A stretch of 64,000 nt of DNA from Chloroflexota bacterium (GCA_965221905.1 OZ244922.1:2752001-2816000); one strand, 5' to 3'. Shown: positions 1 through 10,603, counted from the stretch's first letter. Program-made: numbers and translations. Notes: generated by a model from the sequence alone, not told the origin.

Positions 1-1528
1 GGTGTCCCAGGCCGTGCCCTTCTTCATCCGCATTCATGTACGCCCACTCGAAGCCGCTGATCGGTACGAATTCACCCGGCTTGTGGTAGCGCTGCACCAG
101 GACTTGATTGGCGGTCCACTGGTTGTCGGTCTCGTACTCGGCGTGCTCCGAGGCGCACATGAAGTCAAGATTCGCCACGTGGCGCCCGTGCTCATACTGG
201 GCCTCGATTTCTCCAACCGCATCACCGGAGTAGATGGAATGAGAGTGAATATCGCCGAAGTACACGCGCAACTCCGGCAGCTCCGGCGCGCTCACGACCG
301 GACTGGAAACGCCCGCAAGGCCGTCATCGGTCTCGGCCGTAATCACGTATGTGCCCTCGCCCTGGGGCACCCACGTCACCCGGCAATGGCTGCCGTCTTC
401 CTCCCGCAAGTGAATTGGGGCGGGGAGTTCTACGTCATCCCGGTCGCAGGAGAAGCGCACGCGCCCGGTGTACGCCGGCACGGCCAGCGCCTGAAACCGG
501 TCCAACACCGCTATGTTCAGATCATGGGGCACGCCGACCTGGGCATGGGCTTTGGCCGTGACGAAGAGCTTGGCGGGCCTATCCGGGACCACCGTGAAAG
601 TGTGCGCATGGTCGCGCGCAAGCGGCAGAAACGTCTCCGTGGCGCGGGCGTCAACCCAGACCGTGAGCACGGGCATGCGGTGCCACCACGCCCGCTTGTA
701 GTTGTGGGTATAGGTCCAAGCGACGACGTTGGCTTGCGCGCCAGGGCCGCCCCCACTCCGGTCGCCGAAGACGAGCGTGATAGTATCGCCCGTCCGTAAC
801 GGCGCAACGGACACGGTCACACGAATTCCAAACTCACGGTCGTGCAGGCCGGTTACCGGTTCGACGATTTCGGTTATGTCAACGCGGCTGCTTCCTGCAT
901 GCGATACGGTTACGTAGCCCGGTCCACTCGGATCCTCGGTCTGTGGGATATGGTTGTCACGCCACAGCGAACCCTCCACAAATGCCAAGATGCCGCCGCC
1001 CACGGCAATGCCCTCTTTGCCCACGGTGTGGGTCATGCGAAACTCGTGGCGGGAGCAAGAGACCACCCGATTCGGCGTCAATTCGCTGAATCCGCTGGGA
1101 TCGCTAAACAGCGCGTGCAGATCGGACTCGGTGCGCACTGCCGGGGGTACCTCCAAAGCCAGGTCATCGCTGAGGACAACGCCGTGAAAACCCCGCAGTG
1201 TCGCTTCCGGCATGGAGACGCGCATCTGCAGGAAATTCGCACGCAACGAAACGGTGGCAACCCGCGTCCACACGAGTTCCGGCCGCACCCGCGGATCAAG
1301 GCGTACGCGGCCGCTGGCGCCATCCAACTCAACTTCAACGTAGCGCTCTTCCGCAGGGTGCGGCGAGACACCCAGCCACAGGTCGTAAGGGCGGTCCACG
1401 TTCCAGCCGCGAGCTTGGAGCGTGAGGTCGGCAACCGTGCGTTGGTAGTGCTGGCCCCGGAACGCGACCTTCTGCTCGCTGTAGGCGAACTCGGTCGGCT
1501 CGAATAATAGATAGCGTCGGTCGTTCAT
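1..1528 (-). CDS. DUF3604/CehA-McbA-like PHP-fold metallohydrolase, 3'-truncated by window edge (absent from ORF track)
   Basis: Manual translation from ATG at 1528 (SD GGGAGG upstream) stays open to position 1: MNDRRYLLFEP...GDTITLVFGDRSGGGPG...VYFGDIHSHSIYSGDA...LDFMCASEH...ISGFEW. The HxH, D-F-x-x-x-x-EH and GFEW motifs are PHP-like. The + ORFs 2..799 and 842..1507 are its antisense shadows. Confidence 0.8.
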   Translation of the reverse strand, partial: MNDRRYLLFEPTEFAYSEQKVAFRGQHYQRTVADLTLQARGWNVDRPYDLWLGVSPHPAEERYVEVELDGASGRVRLDPRVRPELVWTRVATVSLRANFLQMRVSMPEATLRGFHGVVLSDDLALEVPPAVRTESDLHALFSDPSGFSELTPNRVVSCSRHEFRMTHTVGKEGIAVGGGILAFVEGSLWRDNHIPQTEDPSGPGYVTVSHAGSSRVDITEIVEPVTGLHDREFGIRVTVSVAPLRTGDTITLVFGDRSGGGPGAQANVVAWTYTHNYKRAWWHRMPVLTVWVDARATETFLPLARDHAHTFTVVPDRPAKLFVTAKAHAQVGVPHDLNIAVLDRFQALAVPAYTGRVRFSCDRDDVELPAPIHLREEDGSHCRVTWVPQGEGTYVITAETDDGLAGVSSPVVSAPELPELRVYFGDIHSHSIYSGDAVGEIEAQYEHGRHVANLDFMCASEHAEYETDNQWTANQVLVQRYHKPGEFVPISGFEWAYMNADEEGHGLGH

Positions 1529-1752
1529 ACGTGCTTCCTCCCTAGAGAATCAGGAACGCCCGACCTACATTGCGGGCAGATCCGGCGTCCTAGCCTTACA
1601 CAATTTGACACGCACATCTTCTTCAATCTAGAGCGTTCGCCCTATCACGGCGCAAACCGGAGTCTATTGCAGGAAATCGACTGCAATTCTAGCACGAACG
1701 CACATGATCGGCCATGAAAATGTACTTTTGAGGGTTATGCCGTCCTAGGCGC

Positions 1753-3123
1753 TTACTTTTCTATGCCCAGCCGCGCCAATTCCTCTTGCTCTTTTTCGAG
1801 GACGAGATTACCAGCCTTTACGGCGGTGTCAACCGCTTCCTCTATGCTAACTTCATTAAGCCAGCCCTTGTTCAATTCATTCCGCACCGCTGCTACCCAT
1901 TCATTCGTAAAGTATGAGTACGGGTAGGCGTAGCCAACTTCCATAGCCTGCACAAACACTTTTGCGGCCTCGGGGTAGTCGCTCAGCTCTGCCCAATTAG
2001 CCGCGCCGCGCCACGTGGCAGGCAAGTTCCACACAGCCGTAGACTGTTCGCCCACCTCGGAAGTTGTAGAGTGCTTGATGAATTCCCATGCGGCATCCGG
2101 GTGAGCGATTGGGTTCAGCACGGCCAAGGCGCCGGCATGAATCACGCTGGCCGGTCGCACGCTGGCGGGCAGCATCTGCGCATGCCAGTTGAATTCCCTC
2201 ATCTGCGGGCGGCCGAAGAGAAAGGACCCACTCGAGTACAGCGCTATCGCTCCCGAGGTAAACATCGTGAAGTGATTACCAAGATCTGTCATCTCTTGGT
2301 TTGTTGGCGCCACGCGGTACTTGTAGACCAGGTCATGAACGAATTTTATCGCTTCCAGGCCGGGTTCCTCCCCAAACTTAAAAGCGGTTTTGTCTTCGTT
2401 GAGGATGTCGCCGCCGTTAAGCACGATCCAGTTGTAGCCCTGCGTCTGACCCCACGGACTCACCTGGGTGCCAAAGCGCTCAACTTTGTCCCCCTGACGG
2501 GTTGTTAGCTTCTCAGACAGATCAAGCCAATCTTCCCAATTCCACCCCTCTTGCGGGGCATCCAGACCCGCCTGCTGCAGCGCATCCACATTGTAGAACA
2601 TATTGACGGTTGCTTGATTCTTCGGCATGCCCCAGAACTTGCCGAACACCGTGTAAATGCTGAGCGCGTAGGGGGCGAAAATATCCTGCATGTCGATCCC
2701 ATCGCGCGCTATGTACGAGTCGAGCTCCGTCAGTAGTCCACCGGCCGCAAAGGACATAATTCCGTGTGCGTTGATCCACAAGAGATCATAGGGGATGGAA
2801 CCGGCAGCCGCCGCGATCTTGAGGTTGTTTTGCATCTCGCCCTGATTGGGGCTGATGTCCGTGGTCACATTTATGCGACCGCCGTTTTGCGCCACAAAAT
2901 CCTCATTAACCCGGTCATTATCGTCGGCAACCACTTGGGCGTGCGTAATGGCCTTGATCTCAATCGTCTCCGGCTCAGGAGCAGGCTTAGTCTCCGGCTT
3001 CGCTTCAGCCTGCTCCGCCTCTGGCGCAGTGGCGACGGTGGCGGTCCCACAAGCTGCAAGTGTGACTGGAACGCTCGCCGCTCCAATGAGTGCTAGTACT
3101 CGTCGACGTGTTGTGGCAATCAT
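1753..3123 (-). CDS. ABC transporter sugar-binding lipoprotein (family 1 SBP), Tat/lipoprotein signal
   Basis: Start reassigned to MIATTRRRVL (ATG 3123). Twin-Arg, LAACG lipobox, Ala/Pro/Glu linker, YN.D...AG...P..GW.W motif, PDAAWEFIK. Confidence 0.88.
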   Translation of the reverse strand: MIATTRRRVLALIGAASVPVTLAACGTATVATAPEAEQAEAKPETKPAPEPETIEIKAITHAQVVADDNDRVNEDFVAQNGGRINVTTDISPNQGEMQNNLKIAAAAGSIPYDLLWINAHGIMSFAAGGLLTELDSYIARDGIDMQDIFAPYALSIYTVFGKFWGMPKNQATVNMFYNVDALQQAGLDAPQEGWNWEDWLDLSEKLTTRQGDKVERFGTQVSPWGQTQGYNWIVLNGGDILNEDKTAFKFGEEPGLEAIKFVHDLVYKYRVAPTNQEMTDLGNHFTMFTSGAIALYSSGSFLFGRPQMREFNWHAQMLPASVRPASVIHAGALAVLNPIAHPDAAWEFIKHSTTSEVGEQSTAVWNLPATWRGAANWAELSDYPEAAKVFVQAMEVGYAYPYSYFTNEWVAAVRNELNKGWLNEVSIEEAVDTAVKAGNLVLEKEQEELARLGIEK

Positions 3124-3162
3124 GAGATATCTCCATGAATTACTTTCTACACACAACTACAT

Positions 3163-4086
3163 TTAGGACGAATCTACGCTTGAAGCATAGTGGCCTAACG
3201 CATCGTCTGTCAACCGCGACCACGTATCGAGCTCGCGCAGCGATTGCGCGTCTACTGTCGTGACCGGCTCACGCACGGTCGCATGCGCGATGGCGCCCGC
3301 GCGCACGAGGAGATGCTTTGCGGACTGGATGAACATCTGCAGATTTGCTCCCTTTGCCACGAGCACCGGCAGGATCGCGGCATAAATGGCCCGCGCTCCG
3401 TCAATATCGCCCGCCAGATAGCGCTCGTAGACCTGAGCCATTGGACCAATCGCATCAGCGCCGGGCATGCACCCTACGGCACCGCGCTCCAGCGCCTCGA
3501 TGAAGCCGATCCCGCCCCAACCCACGAGCATGGCAAGGCGATCGCCGCTTTGCTCACGAAGCGCTTCCATGAGCGGCCACGCGGGCTGCGCCTCAAGTTT
3601 CACATATTGAATGTTCGAGCATCGCTCCGCCATCTGCGCAATCATGCCGGCCGTAAGGCCGTAACCCACCACTTGCGGACAGTCCTGTACCATGATGGGC
3701 ACGTTGACGGCGTCCGCCACCGCCGTGTAGAACTGCACGACACTCGCAGCGTCTACCGGACCGGGCGGCGGCAATACCATGAGCCCGACCACACCCGCTG
3801 CCACCAGCCAACGCGCTTGACGCACAGCTTCCACTGTGGCTGCCGCCTGAAGACCGGAAATCACAGGCACGCGGTCGCCCACTTGCGCCACGACGGTCTC
3901 CACAACGAGCAGCTTTTCCTCCTCGCTCAAGCGATTGGTCTCACTGGCAAGGCCCAGGCATACCACGGCATGCGCGCCTTCATCCAAGACATGATCGGTC
4001 AAGCGGCGCAGACTGTCGTAGTCCAGCGACTCATCCGGCATGAAGGGCGTGCAAAGCACCGCCAAGACGCCGTGAAAGTCGTCCAT
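3163..4086 (-). CDS. Dihydrodipicolinate synthase-family aldolase/dehydratase
   Basis: TPF...LD, GLASE..LS.EE, VPIMVQD, Schiff-base Lys in YVKLE. Confidence 0.88.
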   Translation of the reverse strand: MDDFHGVLAVLCTPFMPDESLDYDSLRRLTDHVLDEGAHAVVCLGLASETNRLSEEEKLLVVETVVAQVGDRVPVISGLQAAATVEAVRQARWLVAAGVVGLMVLPPPGPVDAASVVQFYTAVADAVNVPIMVQDCPQVVGYGLTAGMIAQMAERCSNIQYVKLEAQPAWPLMEALREQSGDRLAMLVGWGGIGFIEALERGAVGCMPGADAIGPMAQVYERYLAGDIDGARAIYAAILPVLVAKGANLQMFIQSAKHLLVRAGAIAHATVREPVTTVDAQSLRELDTWSRLTDDALGHYASSVDSS

Positions 4087-4150
4087 TGAATTACTCCCTC
4101 CAGGGCAAGAGAACTGCGTGTCACTCCGAGCGCAGCGAGGAATCTAGAGC

Positions 4151-4212
4151 GTAACGCGGGGGCTTGTCGTCCTTGTCTTGCTAGATCGTAGCGCGGGCGC
4201 TTGGCCCCCGCC
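4151..4212. repeat. GTAG-type REP-like palindromes (GTAGCGCGGG-N-CTTG-N-CCCCGC family)
   Basis: gtagcgcgggcgcttggcccccgcc at 4188-4212 plus a degenerate copy at 4151. Related to copies at 18576 and 61706. Confidence 0.55.
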
Positions 4213-4347
4213 TTTCGGCACGGGAAGATAAAAACTGCTACGGTAATCTGCTCAAGTCCCATGCTACCTTGTATCCCAAGAAGCCACAGTTATGTGGTCT
4301 GTTCCTTGTGGAATTACCAAAAGTCTGGTGCACCAGGCCCGACAAGG

Positions 4348-5316
4348 CTATCCTCCGCCTGCACCATCAGACTGCGCCGTCAACGCCTCGCTCACCTCCC
4401 ACAGCCGCTGGGCCGCTTCCGTATCATTGGAAGCTGGCGACGACTCCACGACTTCCCGTCGTTCAAAATAGCAGCCGGTGACCTCGGCTACCTCAGGAGC
4501 AGCGGCAAGGTAGATTGCCGTGTCGGCCCCTTGCGCGGGCGTGAGCAACATCGGGCGAGCAATTCTAACCGAAAGCCCTAGTAACCGCGGCAAATGACGA
4601 AAGAGCGCCGTCGAAACCACGCCGGGATGGAGGCAATTGGCGGTGACGCCTGTCCCCTCCAGGCGGCGCGCCAACTCATACGTAAAGTACACGTTAGCCA
4701 GCTTCGTTTGACTGTAGACGTCAAACGGCACGTACCGCTGCTCGTTCTGCAGGTCGTCAAAGTCTAGTGTCACCCGCCGGTGCGCCCCCGAACTAACAGT
4801 GACGACACGCGCCGGGGCACTCGCCTTGAGCCGGTCAAGCAGAAGGCTAGTAAACAGGAACGGCGCCAGGTGGTTCACGGCGAACGTCAGCTCCAGCCCG
4901 TCTTCTGCTGCCGCGCGCCACTGCCACGGAGTCACACCCGCGTTGTTGACCAGCACGTCGAGACGGTCGAACTGCTCAAGAAACGACGCCGCTACTTCAC
5001 GCACCTGCCGCTGCGAATTGAAGTCTGCCAAGAGAAGCGCAACAGAGTCGTTGCCGGTGCGCTGCTTAATCTCAGCCAGCGCCTCGCTCCCCCGGTACTC
5101 ACTGCGGCATACCAGCACAACCGTCGCGCCCATGTGCGCCAGGCTGAGCGCCGTCTCCTTGCCAATGCCGGAGTTTGCGCCGGTGACCACACAGACTTTG
5201 CCGCGCATATCGACATTAACGGCGGCAAAGTTCGGTCTCTTCATGCGGCGAACCCCGGCAATACCCACGCGAAGCGTGGAAATTCCCGCTCTTGCTTTCT
5301 TGATAACACTACTCAT
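4348..5316 (-). CDS. SDR oxidoreductase (retinol dehydrogenase/WWOX-like)
   Basis: TGANSGIG, NNAG, VNHLAPF, YSQTK (YxxxK), HPGVV. Confidence 0.92.
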   Translation of the reverse strand: MSSVIKKARAGISTLRVGIAGVRRMKRPNFAAVNVDMRGKVCVVTGANSGIGKETALSLAHMGATVVLVCRSEYRGSEALAEIKQRTGNDSVALLLADFNSQRQVREVAASFLEQFDRLDVLVNNAGVTPWQWRAAAEDGLELTFAVNHLAPFLFTSLLLDRLKASAPARVVTVSSGAHRRVTLDFDDLQNEQRYVPFDVYSQTKLANVYFTYELARRLEGTGVTANCLHPGVVSTALFRHLPRLLGLSVRIARPMLLTPAQGADTAIYLAAAPEVAEVTGCYFERREVVESSPASNDTEAAQRLWEVSEALTAQSDGAGGG

Positions 5317-5429
5317 AGCGGTCTGCCGTACCCATGGTGGTCTCCTATCGCAATTGTAGGTCTTGAGTGATTTGCCGGCAGAGCCCGCTTTCCAGCACCT
5401 GCTATAGGAAACAAAGTTTGTGCAGCTCC

Positions 5430-5497
5430 GTCATTCCGGCGAAAGCCGGAATCCATCTTCGCTACACCCCCTGGAATCCGGTTTTCGCCGGAGGGAC
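5430..5497. repeat. REP-like doublet GTCATTCCGGCGAA(A/G)GCCGGAATCCA ... inverted copy
   Basis: Two inverted palindromic units. Near-identical doublet at 35360-35426; half copies at 18091-18116 and 63573-63596. Confidence 0.8.
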
Positions 5498-5686
5498 CAC
5501 TACCAAACCGACCGCCCTTGAGATCCCGATTACTGTTGCGGCACGTCTAACGGATACTGCCACCTCCGCACACAATTCCTTGCAAGTTGGCTCTAACTGC
5601 TCCCCCGCTTCGCCAGCCAACTTGCCATCAGACCACCCAGACACTGATGACAATAGGCCTGCAAGTATTAAATGATGGTGGATCGC

Positions 5687-7168
5687 TCAGTGTCGCACGT
5701 CAACCTTCCAATACTCTGTATGCGCCCCCGGTTGCCCTTGGTTGCGCATCTCGGTATCGGGTACGTGCTGAACGGCGCGCACCGGCAACTCCCCATCTTC
5801 CAGCAATCCGCCGCCGCGCTCGCGTTGGCGTCTGATGAGTTCGTCCCGCAGCTCCTCTTTCTTGTCAGCGGCCCCTTTCGCGTGGGCGAGGTTGTGTGCT
5901 TCCTGTGGGTCGGATTCCAAGTCAAACAGTTGCTCGGCGGATCCTTCCGGATACCATATATACTTCCAGCATCCATCGGTGATTGCTAGATAAATGCAGT
6001 CAAGGCGTAGGTCCTTGCCCGTCGGCCCCGGCCCGTTCATCCCTTCCAGGTAGCGCCGTGGCGACTCAAGCTCGCCTCGCGCTACGGCGACCAGGTCTTG
6101 GCCGTCGGTATCAGCCGGTGGTTCGCCCCCGGCCGCCTTCAGCAGCGTGGGCAGAATGTCGGCATGCGTAACCGGCGTTGCAACTTGCGTGCCGTGGCAG
6201 CGATTGTCCCAGCTACTCGGCATGCGCATTGCGAAGGGCACGTGCGCCGAGGGCTCGTGGAAGTGACTCTTGCCGCCGGCACGGTGATCGCCCAGAAACT
6301 CCCCGTGGTCGGACGTATAGATGATAAGCGTCTCGTGGTAGAGCCTCAGGTCTTCAAGCGCGCTGTACACCCGCGCCAGATTATAGTCTATCTGCGTTAT
6401 CAAGCCGTAGTACGCGGAACGCGCCTCGCGGATAACTTCCGGCGTCAGGATGTCATAGGAGCGCCGCTTCTGTTGCTTCGCAAAGGCCGGCGGACAATCG
6501 TCGGTATCCCGCCAGTCGCCAATGACCGGATCGGGGATAGACTCTTGGCGGTACATCGAGTAATACGGTTCCGGCGGGTCGAACGGCGGATGCGGCTTGG
6601 TGAAAGAACACCACAGGAAGAACGGCACGGAAGGATCGCGGCGAAAGTGGATGTACTGTACACACTGCTCGGCAATCCAGGAAGTCAGCGTCAGGGCTTC
6701 CGGCACGGTGGCCATGCCGGGATAGAGTTCGTTCTGGCCGAGGCCGTGCCGCATCGGCTGGAAGTCATTGCCTGAATGGCGCATCTGGCGGTAGTAATCA
6801 TCGGGCAGGATCATTTCATCGAAGCCGTGCCGCACGCGCTCCGGGCCGAAGTGCATCTTGCCGATAGCAATCGTCTGGTACCCCAACTCGCGCAGATACC
6901 ACGGCAGTGTGCCTTCTCTTCCCAGTATCCTCGAGGTAATGCCGTTGCCGGTCATGCCGTGGGAAAAGACCTGCTTGCCCGTCATGATGCCCATGCGCGA
7001 GGGCACGCAAACCGGATCATCCGTATAGCCGCTGGTAAACTCAACACCCTCGTAACGCAGGCGGTCGTAGTGCGGCGTGCGGAGGAAGGACGGCCCGGCG
7101 CCGCCGGACGCATCATAGCGCTGTTGGTCGGTGGTAATGAGGAGAATGTTTGGTTGCTCTACAGCCAT
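5687..7168 (-). CDS. Arylsulfatase/choline-sulfatase-like sulfatase (Cys-type, FGly-dependent)
   Basis: PNILLITTDQQR, CVPSR (CxPxR), GKMHF, PHPPF, TSDHGE. Confidence 0.93.
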   Translation of the reverse strand: MAVEQPNILLITTDQQRYDASGGAGPSFLRTPHYDRLRYEGVEFTSGYTDDPVCVPSRMGIMTGKQVFSHGMTGNGITSRILGREGTLPWYLRELGYQTIAIGKMHFGPERVRHGFDEMILPDDYYRQMRHSGNDFQPMRHGLGQNELYPGMATVPEALTLTSWIAEQCVQYIHFRRDPSVPFFLWCSFTKPHPPFDPPEPYYSMYRQESIPDPVIGDWRDTDDCPPAFAKQQKRRSYDILTPEVIREARSAYYGLITQIDYNLARVYSALEDLRLYHETLIIYTSDHGEFLGDHRAGGKSHFHEPSAHVPFAMRMPSSWDNRCHGTQVATPVTHADILPTLLKAAGGEPPADTDGQDLVAVARGELESPRRYLEGMNGPGPTGKDLRLDCIYLAITDGCWKYIWYPEGSAEQLFDLESDPQEAHNLAHAKGAADKKEELRDELIRRQRERGGGLLEDGELPVRAVQHVPDTEMRNQGQPGAHTEYWKVDVRH

Positions 7169-7180
7169 GAATAGTAACCC

Positions 7181-8206
7181 TTAGAGCTCCTGATACGCTT
7201 CGACCACCATCTGCCACGCCAGGGCCGGATCGCCGCCGTGATGATACGCTGTGCCGCCCGGTTCCCCCAAGAACGACCACACGGCCAGCATGTCCGCGCC
7301 CATCTCGGCCGCCGCCAGCAAGCTGCGCTTCACGTCGGGCTCTCTGTTGGGCGGAATCCAAATTGACTGCACCCAAATCTGACAGGGCTTCTTATACTTG
7401 TGAGATAAGTCAATCGCCTTCTGGGTATTCTGCTCAAAGTACTCCCAGTCGCCGCCGTGGCGATGGATCCAATACGGATCGGTGGAGAACACGTCCACCT
7501 CAGGAAGCGCGACAAATGGTTCCCAGTCGTCTACACCGTACCAACCGGGACCGGAAGACGGGTGCCGTCCGCTCTCATCCAGCGGCATGAGGCAGAGTAC
7601 GTTCTCGCCTCCGCCTACCTCTTTACCGGCGCGGAGCAGCCGCGTCAGGAAGATCTGCAGAGAATCTTGACGAAATTGCCGTACGTCGTCGTCGAGTTGC
7701 GTCGGCATGGCCCGCTTGAAACGGCGGGAATACGCCTCTTGGCACGAGGCGCAACGGCACGCCCAGACCTGAGGAAAGTTGCTGTCGCTTGAAAAGTGCG
7801 GCTCGTCCCAAAAGACGCCGTCCGGCTGAAAGTGCGCAATGATTTCCCGGGCGCGTTCCTCCATCCAGGCGGCGTATTCCGGGTTGTTCGGACACGCCAT
7901 CGCCTCGGTAGAACGGACGCCGTTCGAGAAATACTGCGCGGCTTCCGGGTGTTCCAAGAGGTAGCGCGTGGACTGTATGTATGAAGCAAACGCGCCAAAG
8001 CCGTGCCAGTTGAGATAGAACTTCAGACCCAACTCCCGGGCTTTCTCCACAATGCGTTCCCGTGCCGCGCGGAACAGATACCAATCGGTCTCGTTCACCG
8101 TCATGTTGATTGAGGTGCACCCGGCGGCCTTGATCTCTTCGAGGTCTTGATCGTTATGGTGCGGATACCATCCACCGGCATAGGCAACATTCTTATCAAT
8201 GACCAT
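7181..8206 (-). CDS. Putative TIM-barrel glycoside-hydrolase-like protein, co-oriented with the sulfatase
   Basis: DLEEIKAAGC, CPNNPEY, DGVFWDEP and WACRCASC (CxCxxC), as in GH42-like/GHL catalytic domains. Ends 12 nt before the sulfatase start. Confidence 0.6.
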   Translation of the reverse strand: MVIDKNVAYAGGWYPHHNDQDLEEIKAAGCTSINMTVNETDWYLFRAARERIVEKARELGLKFYLNWHGFGAFASYIQSTRYLLEHPEAAQYFSNGVRSTEAMACPNNPEYAAWMEERAREIIAHFQPDGVFWDEPHFSSDSNFPQVWACRCASCQEAYSRRFKRAMPTQLDDDVRQFRQDSLQIFLTRLLRAGKEVGGGENVLCLMPLDESGRHPSSGPGWYGVDDWEPFVALPEVDVFSTDPYWIHRHGGDWEYFEQNTQKAIDLSHKYKKPCQIWVQSIWIPPNREPDVKRSLLAAAEMGADMLAVWSFLGEPGGTAYHHGGDPALAWQMVVEAYQEL

Positions 8207-8285
8207 TCGCAGACACCTTTCTCACGGCCGAAACCGCTCGCCTAAAGCTAAGTCGTATCCAAAAGGGTGCGTGAAGTGCCTCACC

Positions 8286-8425
8286 CGTTCGCCGTTCATG
8301 GTTCGACAGGCTCACCACGAACGGACGTCTTTCCGCGGATGGAAGAGACTAGAGTTCGTCCTGATAGTCAGTATCCGTTCGTCCTGAGCGTGCCTGTCCT
8401 GAGCTTGTCGAAGGGTCGAAGGATG
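8286..8425. repeat. Family-A palindromic repeat cluster (CCGTTCG..(C/G)TGAGC(C/T)TGTCGAA / TTCGACAGGCTCA..ACGAACGG)
   Basis: Inverted copies of the motif found again at about 10719, 10948, 12455, 16447, 44091, 45010, 45814, 53499 and 59748. Confidence 0.8.
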
Positions 8426-8451
8426 AATGGATACTCCACTAGCACACCCGC

Positions 8452-9573
8452 TTACCGAATCTTGCCCCGCGCCCAGATCGGCCAATTTGCCACCACCTCG
8501 CCGTTGCGGTGCATCGCTACTTCATCGAAATTGTTCGTCGCGCCGCAGGCGTGATTTGCTATTACGGAGACGCGCTCGCCGATCTCCGGCGTGCGTTCGC
8601 ATTGGCTCACGTCCACGTGGCCGTGCTCTTCGGACTGCGCAAACATGCGGGCTTCAGGGTACTCGATGATGTGGCAGAACGTACTGCGTGGATCACCAAC
8701 TTGCGGCATGTCGCTCGTAAACGTCTTGGTGCCGCCGTCGAGAATCACGCGCTCCGGCGTGGGCTTGCTCACAACGGTACAAATAATACGCTGGGCGCAC
8801 TGCGCATACGTCATGACGCCGTTGCCGACCGTATTGCGATCGCCGTAGTTGAAGGTGCCGACGCGCACCTCGGTAGCGTGAGGAATCTTGTGCAGGTTGT
8901 GGAAGTCCACTGATCCGCCGCCGCTGACAATTTCCACCGGCATGCCCTGCTGCTTGAAGTAGTCCCTCGCCGCCACGGTCGCCTGCTGCTGTTCCGGTTT
9001 CGTGGTGGGATACATCATGAGACCGCGAAAGTGCACGCCCCGCAGCTTATCTATCGTCTTGGCCAGCGTCAGCGCGTCTTCTTTAGTCGGCACACCCGTA
9101 CGCTCGAAATTCGGCATAGCAAGCTCGACAACGAGGTTTATCGGATGATTGGAATCGGCGTAGGCGGAGATCCCGCGGGCCGTGTATTCCGAGTCAACGG
9201 TGAGGGTAATGTCCGTAAGTTGCGAGACCGCGCGCAGGCGCTCGAGCTTCTGCGCGCCCATCACGTTGTAGCAAAGCATGATGTCGCCGGTGATGCCGGC
9301 TTCCACCATCACTTCAACCTCGCCCAGTTTCTGACACGCAATGCCGGTCGCCCCGGCATCGAGCTGCATCTTGGCGATATAGGTTACTTTATGCGTCTTG
9401 ATGTGGGGTCGGTTATTCAGGCCGTGGGCATCGCAATACGCCTGCAGTTCATTGATATTCGCCTGCAAGCGGTCCAAGTCTACGACCATTGCCGGTGTAT
9501 CGAGGTCTTCAATTGTAAGCGGTTTGCCGCGCGCCGGAGCCGCCGCAACTGCCGCCTGTGCCGCACTCGTCAT
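8452..9573 (-). CDS. PLP fold-type III enzyme, D-threonine aldolase/DSD1 family
   Basis: DTPAMVVDLDRL, RPHIKTHK (PLP Lys), SGGGS, DGGTK, SEEHG, NHAC. Confidence 0.9.
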   Translation of the reverse strand: MTSAAQAAVAAAPARGKPLTIEDLDTPAMVVDLDRLQANINELQAYCDAHGLNNRPHIKTHKVTYIAKMQLDAGATGIACQKLGEVEVMVEAGITGDIMLCYNVMGAQKLERLRAVSQLTDITLTVDSEYTARGISAYADSNHPINLVVELAMPNFERTGVPTKEDALTLAKTIDKLRGVHFRGLMMYPTTKPEQQQATVAARDYFKQQGMPVEIVSGGGSVDFHNLHKIPHATEVRVGTFNYGDRNTVGNGVMTYAQCAQRIICTVVSKPTPERVILDGGTKTFTSDMPQVGDPRSTFCHIIEYPEARMFAQSEEHGHVDVSQCERTPEIGERVSVIANHACGATNNFDEVAMHRNGEVVANWPIWARGKIR

Positions 9574-9676
9574 GTTCGCCTCACTTCCCTGTTCGTTGAC
9601 ACTCAGTATGCATACGATACCATAGAACTACTTATCTCTCCGTGCGGACTCAGCCGTTAGAGAAGGACGACAGTGG

Positions 9677-10603
9677 ATGGCTCTAGCTTCACGATACGCT
9701 GACCTGGCCGGCAACATTCCCACCATCTCGACACCCATGCGTGACGGTGCAGTCGACCACGCGAGCTTGCGGAGTCTATTGGCCTACATCTACCCTCACG
9801 TTGACGGCTATCTAACGTGCGGCAGCGTTGGCGAAGGCGCAAGCCTTACGCTCGACGAACGCATCGCCGTAATGCAGACCGTGGCTGCGTTCCGCGAGAA
9901 TACTACGCCGCGCGGCACCTGGTTCTTTGGTACATCGGGCACGGCCCTTCCTGAAATTGAGCGCCTTGTGCGGGTCTGCGTGGACTACGGCGTGGACGCG
10001 CTCTTGACCCCTCAGCCGTCATATTTCGCCATCTCACCCCCCATGCCCCAGCAGTTCTTCGCGGCCGTCGCGGGCATGAGCGACCTGCCCGTTGTGATTT
10101 ATGACAACCCGTACCCTACGAGCTACTATCTGGGTACCGATGAGATAATCGCCTTGGCGGCTGACAACCCAACCATCGTCGGTGTGAAGATTACGGACCC
10201 GAATGTGCAGAAGGTCAGCGCGCTCAAGGCCCGCAGCGACATGCTCGTTTACACGGGCGATGACTTCATCTGCTGGCGCATGCTCTGCCGCGGCGCTGAC
10301 GGCGCCATGCTCGCCTATCCGATGATCTTGCCGGAGACTTTCGCGCGCATGTACCGCCAGCTTAGAGAGGGCCGTCGCGATGAAGCGTTTGCGGTCTGGT
10401 CGCAGGAGATACTCCCTTTTGTAAATGAGTGTCTGCGCGACACGGACTACGTGCAGACCAGCAAGGCCGCGCTCCACCGCCTCGGCGTAATCGCTTCCGC
10501 GGAGATGCGTTTGCCGCTAACGCCCTTGGACGCCACGCGCCGGCAAGAGGTAGACGAAGCGCTCGCGTTCATCCCTGAGGCGCAATCACGCTTGAGCATT
10601 TAG
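9677..10603 (+). CDS. Dihydrodipicolinate synthase-family protein
   Basis: GSVGE..LT.DER, PVVIYDNP, GVKITD. Confidence 0.88.
   Translation: MALASRYADLAGNIPTISTPMRDGAVDHASLRSLLAYIYPHVDGYLTCGSVGEGASLTLDERIAVMQTVAAFRENTTPRGTWFFGTSGTALPEIERLVRVCVDYGVDALLTPQPSYFAISPPMPQQFFAAVAGMSDLPVVIYDNPYPTSYYLGTDEIIALAADNPTIVGVKITDPNVQKVSALKARSDMLVYTGDDFICWRMLCRGADGAMLAYPMILPETFARMYRQLREGRRDEAFAVWSQEILPFVNECLRDTDYVQTSKAALHRLGVIASAEMRLPLTPLDATRRQEVDEALAFIPEAQSRLSI

Noticed and set aside
2-1507. + strand ORFs 2..799 and 842..1507
   Set aside because: Codon-phase antisense shadows of the minus-strand metallohydrolase gene.
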